The notes beneath the pieces are model-generated. The model made no database searches and was not told where the DNA came from. It saw only the letters and a list, made by a program, of their open reading frames with translations. Source: Abditibacteriaceae bacterium (lineage in GTDB: Bacteria > Armatimonadota > Abditibacteriia > Abditibacteriales > Abditibacteriaceae). Taken from it: a stretch of DNA of 17,344 nt. Within the stretch, counting starts at the first letter, position 1. Every line of letters begins with the position of its first letter. Made by a program: the position numbers and the translations under genes. The DNA lies in the NCBI GenBank assembly GCA_031372065.1, contig JANMKN010000310.1:1-17344 (forward strand). The letters are read 5' to 3'. Shown piece by piece: positions 9,495 to 16,549 of this stretch.

Positions 9495-9503
9495 AAATTA
9501 GCA
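9495..9503 (-). promoter_or_regulatory. Putative extended -10 promoter (TGcTAATTT) of the J-like gene
   Basis: Reverse complement of AAATTAGCA in the intergenic region, about 130 nt upstream of the ATG. Confidence 0.35.
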
Positions 9504-9527
9504 CGTTTTAGGCGGTTTGCGTTGGTC

Positions 9528-11231
9528 TTAGGCGCGAAACAACGCGCCTAACTGCTTGCCCAGCACGCGATTGGCCACCAAGAAGGTGCCTGTCAGCAAA
9601 AGCATTCCCAACACGCCTAAAGCGCACGCCTTGTATTCATTCTGTTTGGCTAACAAATAAATCGCCTGCGCAATCGGACGCGTGTTGTTGTCCAGCGATA
9701 AAATCAGCGAGTCGGACACTTCTAACACGGCAAAAGCGAAGGTTAATAAACCTGCTGCCATCAAATTGGCCGAAACCAAGGGCCGTGTCACGTTCCAGAC
9801 AGTTTTTAAGGGCGTGGCGCCCATGTTCAGGCTGGCTTCTTCGAGTGTTACGCTCATTTGTTGCAAGCCCGACGACACCGCGCGTAAGGCATACGGCAAG
9901 CGCCGCACAGCATAGGAAATTACCAGCAGTGGCACCGAGTTTTCAAAGGGATTCAGCGGCGAATTGGTGTAAGCCAGCATCAAACCATAGGCCAAAATGA
10001 GGCCCGGCAGCGCCAACGGCAGCATGGCGAGGCTGTCCAGAAAGCCTTTGCCCCACACTTTGCCACGCGTGAGCGCATAAGCCAAAGCAAAACCGGCAAT
10101 CACATCAATGGTCATCGAAAGCGCCGCGCAGAGCAGCGAGGTTTTGATCGCCGACTTAGTCATATCGTTGGCGAACACATCTTTATAGTTGTTAAGCGTC
10201 CATTCGGGCAGCAAGCGCGCCGACCAATCGCGCGCGAGACTGGCTAAAATCACGCCGAAATGCGGCAATAGCGAGAGGCCTATCACCAAAGAGAAAACCG
10301 TGTAAACCAAAATCAATTTCCAGCCGCGCACCGGCGTTTCGCGTTCGCGCCGCGTGCCCCGCGCCAGAGTTGCGATGCGCCCGCCTTCCAAGAAATGCCG
10401 CGAACCCCAGAACACCAGCATCGCTACCACAAGCATCCAACAAGCCAAGGCATACGGTGTCGGGCTGTCAATTTCTTTGTAAGAATTGAAAATTTTCACT
10501 GCCGCCACTTGTTCGTAGCCAAAGATGAGAGGCGTGCCCAAATCGGTGAAGGCGAAGACAAAAACAATGAGCGCGCCCGAAAGATAGCCGGGTAAAAGCA
10601 TCGGCAGCGTGACCGTGCGAAAGACACGCCACGCCGAAGCGCCCATATTTTCGGCGGCTTCTTCGAGCGAAGAATCAATATTGGCCCACGCCGCCGAGAG
10701 ATTCAAATAAATCAGAGGATACAAATGCAGCGCCGCGACAATCGCCACCATCGGCGCGCCCCATTGCAATAGATCAAGGCGCTCCGAGCCTTGCGTCAAA
10801 CCGATTTTCTGTGCCAGCAACTCCACCACGCCCTCGCGGTTGAGCATTCGCTGAATACCGATGGCGCCGACCAAAGGCGGCAGCAAGAGCGGCACTAAAG
10901 TCAGGCCGGTCAGCGTTGATTTGCCCGCGAAACGCAGGCGCGCGGCGGCATAAGCCAAGGGAAACGCCATCAGAGACGCGATAATCGTCACGGCGAAGCC
11001 CAACACAAACGAATTGCGCATTGCAGCGCGCAAATCGTCGTTGGTCAGCGGCAAGAGTAACAATCGCGGTGCGAAATGACCGTCCTCAAGCAGCGCGCCG
11101 CCCAACACAAGCAGCACCGGATAAATCAAAAACGGCCCCAGCAGCAAGGCGCACAATGCCCACGTCGCTAAACCGCCCCAAAAGGCGCGTGTTGGTTGGA
11201 ATTTGAAGGTGTTTTTCGAAGAGGCGGTCAT
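9528..11231 (-). CDS. ABC transporter permease, FbpB/ThiP-type (two fused BPD_transp_1 domains)
   Basis: About 12 hydrophobic helices. Two EAA loops: 'LEEAAENMGASAWRVFRTVTLP' and 'LEEASLNMGATPLKTVWNVTRP'. Also 'FTDLGTP'. ATG 11231 chosen; TTG 11243 is possible. Confidence 0.9.
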   Translation of the reverse strand: MTASSKNTFKFQPTRAFWGGLATWALCALLLGPFLIYPVLLVLGGALLEDGHFAPRLLLLPLTNDDLRAAMRNSFVLGFAVTIIASLMAFPLAYAAARLRFAGKSTLTGLTLVPLLLPPLVGAIGIQRMLNREGVVELLAQKIGLTQGSERLDLLQWGAPMVAIVAALHLYPLIYLNLSAAWANIDSSLEEAAENMGASAWRVFRTVTLPMLLPGYLSGALIVFVFAFTDLGTPLIFGYEQVAAVKIFNSYKEIDSPTPYALACWMLVVAMLVFWGSRHFLEGGRIATLARGTRRERETPVRGWKLILVYTVFSLVIGLSLLPHFGVILASLARDWSARLLPEWTLNNYKDVFANDMTKSAIKTSLLCAALSMTIDVIAGFALAYALTRGKVWGKGFLDSLAMLPLALPGLILAYGLMLAYTNSPLNPFENSVPLLVISYAVRRLPYALRAVSSGLQQMSVTLEEASLNMGATPLKTVWNVTRPLVSANLMAAGLLTFAFAVLEVSDSLILSLDNNTRPIAQAIYLLAKQNEYKACALGVLGMLLLTGTFLVANRVLGKQLGALFRA

Positions 11232-11313
11232 AAACTGGCCCAATGGCAGCGAAATTTTCGTCGTTCCTGCCGTCTAATAGATTATCGAAATCCCTCACGC
11301 GCGCGGCAAAAGA

Positions 11314-11354
11314 AATATAGCATAGCTGTTTTGCTCCATAATTGAAAGATTATC
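11314..11354 (-). promoter_or_regulatory. Putative permease promoter: extended -10 TGcTATATT (11322-11314) with ATAAT-N6-ATTAT palindrome (11338-11353) over the -35 region
   Basis: Motifs read directly from the sequence; function is inferred. Confidence 0.35.
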
Positions 11355-11361
11355 CCCGTAG

Positions 11362-11587
11362 CAGGGCAATCGCATGAGAAATAAGGTAGGAAAGAGATTC
11401 CTGAAACTGGGTTCGTGCTACTCTGGGCAAATTGATGCTCAATCTGCTGCGTCAAGACACCAAAACCAAATGTGGCATCAAAGGCCGCCGAAAAATGTCG
11501 GGCTGGAACGAGGATTATATGAGGATTATATGCTTCACATCTTGGCTGGCCCCTAATGCTCATGCGATTGCTCATGCGATTGCCCTG
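11362..11587 (+). mobile_element. Internally deleted ISAs1-family IS remnant (MITE-like, 226 bp)
   Basis: Perfect 17-bp terminal inverted repeats CAGGGCAATCGCATGAG (11362-11378, 11571-11587). 11438-11556 encodes LNLLRQDTKTKCGIKGRRKMSGWNEDYM(LHILAGP*), resembling the ISAs1 transposase C-terminus, with a frameshift caused by an 11-nt tandem duplication. Confidence 0.8.
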
Positions 11588-11589
11588 TA

Positions 11590-11820
11590 GGGAAACGATG
11601 TGTAGGGTCAGAGTAGCGCTAAAATCAGTCTCGGTAGCTTAGTGCAGGGTTCGGTTAGCTTAGTGCAGAGTTAGGGGAACGATGGGTAGGGTCAGGGTAG
11701 CCTTGTGCGGAGTTCCGGTAGCTTAGTGACGAGTCCCGGTAGCAATAAAATCAGTCTCGGTAGCTTAGTGCGGGGTTCGGTTAGCTTAGTGCAGAGTCAG
11801 GGTAACCTTGTGACGCGTCC
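11590..11820. repeat. Non-coding tandem array, 11 units of exactly 21 nt (consensus about CGGTAGCTTAGTGCRGRGTTC)
   Basis: Units start at 11590 and every 21 nt after with no indels. Units 2-4 resemble 8-10, unit 1 resembles 5, unit 6 resembles 11. All six frames contain stops. Confidence 0.9.
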
Positions 11821-11949
11821 GATTAATTCTGAAAAGCGTTTTTAGTTTGCAAGGGAGGAAAACCATAAATTTCGGGAACGTTCTTACGGGCATTCGTTGG
11901 GAACACGAAGCATCTCGGTGTTGTGCCAAGAGAGTGCCGCTTTTTCGAG

Positions 11950-11986
11950 TATAATTTTTGATGACATAGTCATCGTTTGTAGGAGA
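11950..11986 (+). promoter_or_regulatory. TATAAT -10 box, GATGAC-ata-GTCATC palindrome and AGGAGA ribosome-binding site
   Basis: TATAAT 11950-11955, palindrome 11960-11974, AGGAGA 11981-11986 before ATG 11991. No recognisable -35 box. Confidence 0.45.
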
Positions 11987-11990
11987 CCTT

Positions 11991-14126
11991 ATGGCCGCTG
12001 CTGATCTTCCCCGCGAAGCGTTAGCTCCCCAATCAGAATCAGGAGTTCAATTAAGGCGCCATCTTGACCGTTTGGCCGCGCGCCGCAACGCGCAAATGTT
12101 GTGGCAGGAAATCGCCCGCGCGCTGTGTTGGGGCTGCGGAGTCGCCGCGCTCTGCGTTTTGGCTTACAAACTGTATCTCGTGGACGGCTTGTGGTGGCAG
12201 CCGTTGCTGATTGTGCTGTTTTCGGCGCTTATCGGCTGGCGCAACGGCGCTTTGCGGCGCAATGGCACCTTCGACGCCGCAATGGATGCCGACAACACGC
12301 TGCAATTGAAAGATCGCCTTGCTTCGGCGCTGGCCTTCACTTATCCCGAAGAAATGCGCCGCCGTCAGCCCAGTGCGGGGGACAAAAAACTTTTAGCGCG
12401 CCTGCGTAATTTTTTCGTGGCGCGTCCGGCTTATGCCAAAGCCATCCCGACAGCGCAAACCTTTCTGGTGCCTGCGCTCATTAACGACGCCGCGACGCGC
12501 GCCGGACAATTAAATCCCAAAGAGGTTTATCCTTTTCAGTTTGGCCGCCCGCAAAAAGTGTTAGTTGCCTTGCTTTTGGCCTTTGGCGGCTCGTTTTTGG
12601 TGCCGAATCTGCCATTTTTGTTGCCCAAAGAAGAGCAAAACGACGCCAAGAAAACGCTGCCCGAAACCGGCAAAAAATTGCAGGCCATCGCCAAAGAAGT
12701 CAAAGACGACAAGAACATCAAAGAAACCGACGAGGCCAAGAAATTCGCTAAAAAGTTACAGGCACTCGGCCAACGCATCGAACGGGCGCGCATGGGCAAA
12801 AAAGAAGCGATGGTCGAAATGGCCCAACTGCGCGAAAAAATCGCCAAAGCCGCCAACAAACCGCAAGCGCCGTTCAAATCGCCCGACGAACCCGATGCCG
12901 GACTCGGTCAGCAGCAAATGCAAACCGACGAAGGCAAAAAAATGCAGGAGCAACTGAAAAAAGGCGACTTGGAAAAAGCCGCCAAAGAACTCGAAAAATT
13001 GGCCGATAAAATCGAGAAAAACGCCATGTCCAAGGAAGAGCGCGACAAAGCCGCGCACGACCTGCAAAAAGCCGCCGATGCATTGCGCAAACAAGGTGGG
13101 CAGCAAAATCAGGACATGGCGCAAAAACTCGAAGACGCCGCCAAAGCCCTGAAACAAAATCAGCAATCTCAACAAGGTCAGCAAGACAAACAAAACGGCC
13201 AGAAAGATAAGCAAAACGGCCAACAAGGTCAAAACGGTCAAAAGCAGGGCCAGAAACAAGGACAACAGGGCCAACAAAACCAGCAAGGTCAAAAACAAGG
13301 TCAGCAACCGGGACAGCAAGGCCAGCAGAATCAGCAAGGCCAGAAACAAGGTCAACAACAGCAAGGCCAACAAGGTCAGAAACAAAGTCAGGGCCAGAAA
13401 CAAGGACAGCAGCAAGGTCAACAATCCGGCTCGCAACCCGGCAACAAGCAAGGTCAGCAGCAGGGTCAGCAATCGCTTTCCAACGGCGCCAACGCGCTTC
13501 GCAAAATGGCGCAAGGGATGCAGCAAGGCCAAAGCGGGCAAGGCCAGGGACAGGGCAATTCCAACAGCGAATCGCTGCAAAAAATGCTCGGCCAAATTCA
13601 AGAAGCCGAACGCGGCGCTGGCAACAACGGACAAGGCCAGCCCAACCCCACCGATTGCCCGCCAGGCAGCACTTGAGAGGGTGGCGGCTCGTCCAGTTCG
13701 GACGGCAAGAGTCTCACCCCCGGCAAAGATTTAAAACCCAGCGATCCGCATTCCGCAGTTGGTGGCGGCGCCGGTCTTGGCCCGCGCAACAATGTGCAAG
13801 GTTTCAACAACAAGGGCGGCGGCCTATCAAATCAACACGCCAAGAAAACAGGCGACAAGCGTCGTTGGGGCGATGTCTGGGCCTCGAAACTGCCTGCCAC
13901 GCGCAAGCAAAAAGACCGCATTTTTGGCAAGCTGAACAAGAACGGCGAAATCGAACAAATTCAAGTCGAAGGCAACGCCAAAGGCGGCTCCGTCAAAACG
14001 CCGTATTACGACGTTTACAGCACTTACAAAAAAGAAGCCGACGACGCTGTCGGCAAAGAAGTTATCCCGCCCGCTTACAAACAGCCGGTGCGCGATTATT
14101 TTGACAGCATCAAACCCAGCAAGTGA
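11991..14126 (+). CDS. MoxR-associated membrane protein (three TM segments, coiled coil, Gln/Gly-rich; DUF4175-like architecture), 711 aa through an in-frame TGA at 13674-13676; candidate selenoprotein
   Basis: ORFs 11991-13676 and 13794-14126 are in the same frame and the 39 codons between them are open (EGGGSSSSDGKSLTPGKDLKPSDPHSAVGGGAGLGPRNN). The distal part carries the C-terminal motif 'TPYYDVYSTYKKEADDAVGKEVIPPAYKQPVRDYF' expected of such proteins. A SECIS-like hairpin follows the TGA. Confidence 0.75.
13155..13560 (+). repeat. Coding low-complexity Gln/Gly/Lys repeats (QQGQKQG, QQGQQNQ)
   Basis: Repeated CAA/CAG/GGT/GGC/AAA codons with varied synonymous positions. Boundaries are approximate. 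Confidence 0.85.
13677..13721 (+). promoter_or_regulatory. Candidate bacterial SECIS element
   Basis: GGGTGG(13679-84)/TCACCC(13714-19), GGCTC(13686-90)/GAGTC(13709-13), GTCC(13691-94)/GGAC(13700-03). Apical loop AGTTC starts 18 nt after the UGA, with G at loop position 2 followed by U. Confidence 0.65.
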
Positions 14127-14127
14127 G

Positions 14128-14182
14128 CAGTGGTCAGTGGACAAAAGAAAACGACCACTGACCCCTGACTACTGACCCCTGA
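14128..14182. repeat. Palindromic heptamer array (CAGTGGT / GACCACT-like)
   Basis: cagtggt cagtgga ... gaccact gacccct gactact gacccct. 8-bp perfect arms at 14128-14135 and 14153-14160. Confidence 0.75.
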
Positions 14183-14185
14183 ATT

Positions 14186-15178
14186 ATGGAAGCTACCGCA
14201 GCCGTCCACGAATTTGTCGAACGCGTCAACTCTGTCAAAGAACAGATGGCGAATGTTTTAGTCGGGCAGGAAATGATCATCGAAGGCGTGCTGATGTGCC
14301 TTTTCGGGGGCGGTCATGTCTTGCTCGAAGGCGTGCCCGGTTTGGGCAAAACGCTGCTGGTGCGCACGCTTTCACAATCGCTGGGCCTCAAATTTTCGCG
14401 CATTCAGTTCACGCCCGATTTAATGCCCGCCGATGTCACAGGCACCAACATCATCGCCGAAACACCCGAAGGTCGCAAAGAATTTCAATTCCAAGCCGGG
14501 CCGGTTTTCACCAACGTGCTTTTGGCCGACGAAATCAATCGCGCCACGCCCAAAACGCAAAGCGCCCTGCTCGAAGCGATGCAGGAGCGCAGCGTCACCG
14601 TCGCAGGCAAAACCTACAAACTCAGCGAGCCGTATATTGTGCTCGCCACGCAAAACCCGCTGGAAATGGAAGGCACTTATCCACTTCCCGAAGCGCAGCT
14701 TGACCGCTTTTTGTTCAAACTAAAAGTCTACTTCCCAACGTTCGACGAGCTTCTTCAAATCCTCAATCGCACCACAACATCCGCCGCGCAGGAAGCAAAC
14801 GAAGCGCTCGGCAGCGAAGAGATTTTGCAAATGCGCCGCTTAGTGCGCGAAGTGCCGATTGCGCCTCATGTGCAGGAACACGCCGTGCGTTTGGTGCTCG
14901 GCACTCACCCAGACAGCGAATATTCTACAGAACAAGTCACTAAATTTGTTCGTTATGGTGCCAGCCCGCGCGGCGCGCAAGCGCTTTTGCTCTCAGCCAA
15001 GGTGCGCGCACTCTTGCAACATCGCTTTCATGTCGCCATCGAAGACATTGATTGGGTGGCCCGCCCGGCGCTTCGCCATCGCATGATTCTCAATTTTGAG
15101 GGACAAGCCGAAGGCATCGAAGCCGATCAATTGATAGACGACCTTATCACACGGCACGCGCCTTTGGCAACAGCATAG
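14186..15178 (+). CDS. moxR: MoxR-family AAA+ ATPase (MoxR proper subfamily)
   Basis: Walker A 'LLEGVPGLGKT', 'RIQFTPDLMPADVTG', Walker B 'LLADEINRATPKTQSALLEAMQE', 'ATQNPLEMEGTYPLPEAQLDRF', 'GASPRG', 'ALRHR'. Confidence 0.96.
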   Translation: MEATAAVHEFVERVNSVKEQMANVLVGQEMIIEGVLMCLFGGGHVLLEGVPGLGKTLLVRTLSQSLGLKFSRIQFTPDLMPADVTGTNIIAETPEGRKEFQFQAGPVFTNVLLADEINRATPKTQSALLEAMQERSVTVAGKTYKLSEPYIVLATQNPLEMEGTYPLPEAQLDRFLFKLKVYFPTFDELLQILNRTTTSAAQEANEALGSEEILQMRRLVREVPIAPHVQEHAVRLVLGTHPDSEYSTEQVTKFVRYGASPRGAQALLLSAKVRALLQHRFHVAIEDIDWVARPALRHRMILNFEGQAEGIEADQLIDDLITRHAPLATA

Positions 15179-15216
15179 CAAAAGGCGCCGCGAGATAAAG
15201 AATAAGGAGAGTTGTC

Positions 15217-15618
15217 ATGACTGAAAACACTGCTCGTTCTGTCGGGGGCGACCCGATTCGCATTCTTTTAGTGGACGACCACAACGATTTGCTCGCCATG
15301 TTGCGTCTGGTTTTGTCACGTCGCAGCTACGATGTGGTAACAGCTTCCAGCGGCAAAGAAGCATTAGCCGTCGCGGGCGATTTTTCGCCTGATGTGGTGG
15401 TCAGCGATTTGGGAATGCCGGGCATGAATGGCCTTGAAATGATGGCGCAGATGCGCGCCATGAGCCAACTCGGAGCGTTTAAATCCATCGCACTCAGCGG
15501 TTTCGGCGATGCTGCCGATGAAGCCTCCACGCAGGCCGCCGGTTTCGATGCCCATCTTGCCAAACCGGTGGATTTTGAGAACCTCTTCGCTACGATAGAC
15601 AAACTGGCGCAGAAATAA
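15217..15618 (+). CDS. Single-domain response regulator (CheY-like receiver)
   Basis: ILLVDD, phospho-acceptor 'SDLGMPGMNG', 'ALSG', 'AGFDAHLAKP'. AAGGAG Shine-Dalgarno. No output domain. Confidence 0.93.
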   Translation: MTENTARSVGGDPIRILLVDDHNDLLAMLRLVLSRRSYDVVTASSGKEALAVAGDFSPDVVVSDLGMPGMNGLEMMAQMRAMSQLGAFKSIALSGFGDAADEASTQAAGFDAHLAKPVDFENLFATIDKLAQK

Positions 15619-15628
15619 AATCCAATTC

Positions 15629-15667
15629 AAAAGCGGCGCGAAATTTCCCTATTCGCGCCGCTTTTTT
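15629..15667 (+). terminator. Intrinsic terminator, possibly bidirectional
   Basis: AAAAGCGGCGCGAA-atttcccta-TTCGCGCCGCTTTT followed by further Ts, 10 nt after the receiver stop. Confidence 0.85.
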
Positions 15668-15692
15668 GTGCTCGTTTTGTTTTACTTGGTGC

Positions 15693-16325
15693 ATGAAAAT
15701 CCTGCTGCTGTCCAACTCGATGCCACATTATCATCGCATCGAAAACACCTTGCCGGCGTTGCAAAAAGCGCTTGATGGCCTCGAAATCGTTCATTCGCAA
15801 GACACAAACGATTTGAACGCCGCGAATTTGGAGAATTACGATGCGGTTTTGGTTTATTGCACCGGCCAGAATTTAGACGACGCGCCTTGCGAGGCTTTGG
15901 AGGAGTTTGTGAGCGGCGGCGGCGCGCTGATTGGCATTCACAACGCCACCGACACTTGGAAAAATCAGCCGGATTATATCGAACTCATCGGCGGCGCTTT
16001 TGTAACGCATCCGCCGCAATTGTCATTGCAAATCGAAGTCGTAGACGCCCAGCATCCCATCACGCAAGGGCTTGAACCCTTTGAAACGTGGGAAGAATTG
16101 TATGTGATGGACACCGACATCACGACGTATCATTTGCTGCTGCAAACGCACTCCTACGAAGCGCGCGCCTTGCCGATTGCGTGGTGCAAAAGCTACGGCA
16201 TGGGACGCGTTTTTTATACCGCGCTCGGCCACGAACCCGTCGAACGCGCCGATGGCGGCCCGTTTAATGCCCACTTTCAAAAGTTACTGCATCGCGGCGC
16301 GCTGTGGGCGATGAAGCAGATTTAG
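15693..16325 (+). CDS. ThuA-like (class I glutamine amidotransferase-like fold) domain protein
   Basis: ATG 15693 (MKILLLSN). Motifs 'LENYDAVL', 'FVSGGGALIGIHNATD', 'LIGGAFVTHP', 'HPITQGL', 'EELY', 'YGMGRVFYTALGH'. Confidence 0.9.
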   Translation: MKILLLSNSMPHYHRIENTLPALQKALDGLEIVHSQDTNDLNAANLENYDAVLVYCTGQNLDDAPCEALEEFVSGGGALIGIHNATDTWKNQPDYIELIGGAFVTHPPQLSLQIEVVDAQHPITQGLEPFETWEELYVMDTDITTYHLLLQTHSYEARALPIAWCKSYGMGRVFYTALGHEPVERADGGPFNAHFQKLLHRGALWAMKQI

Positions 16326-16337
16326 TGGCTTGCATAC

Positions 16338-16547
16338 GCGAAAAACAGCCTCGTTTTCGGCGTAAACGTCCTCGAACACGCCAAAGACGGACTTGAATAG
16401 GACGTATTCACACTTGAATTTTCCCTATTCAAGTGTGAATTTTGAAAATTCAAGCTCGCTTTTGGCGCGTTCAAGCTCGTTTACGTCGCGTTCAAGGGCG
16501 TTTTTGCCAAAAACGAGGCTGTTTTCGGCTAAAAACACTTCTTTTGA
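16338..16547. repeat. Palindromic array of ten 21-nt units between convergent genes; likely bidirectional terminator or REP-like element
   Basis: Central perfect 14-bp arms ATTCACACTTGAAT (16406-19) / ATTCAAGTGTGAAT (16427-40). Outer arms AAAACAGCCTCGTTTT / AAAACGAGGCTGTTTT. CTTGAA and TTCAAG recur every 21 nt. Confidence 0.8.
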
Positions 16548-16549
16548 GG

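Noticed and set aside
11282..11575. ORFs 11282-11575 (-) and 11374-11556 (+)
   Set aside because: They lie over the ISAs1 remnant; only the last few codons of the + ORF coincide with the transposase tail.
11590..11820. CRISPR array
   Set aside because: Period is only 21 nt, variable parts recur instead of being unique spacers, and there are no cas genes in the window.
12756..13634. 292-aa Leu-rich minus-strand ORF resembling a membrane protein
   Set aside because: Antisense mirror of the CAA/CAG/AAA codons of the Gln-rich gene.
13674..13676. Genome-wide reassignment of TGA to Trp or Gly
   Set aside because: TGA is the evident stop of several genes here (812-814, 1900-1902, 3989-3991, 14124-14126, and the UbiA-like gene), and Trp is encoded by TGG.
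13655..14104. 149-aa alternative-frame ORF or programmed frameshift around the TGA
   Set aside because: Arg/Gln-rich shadow translation with no slippery site; the zero-frame continuation explains the region.
13794..14126. Independent 110-aa gene starting at GTG
   Set aside because: No Shine-Dalgarno, in frame with the upstream ORF, the intervening sequence is open and coding-like, and the peptide looks like the C-terminus of the upstream protein.
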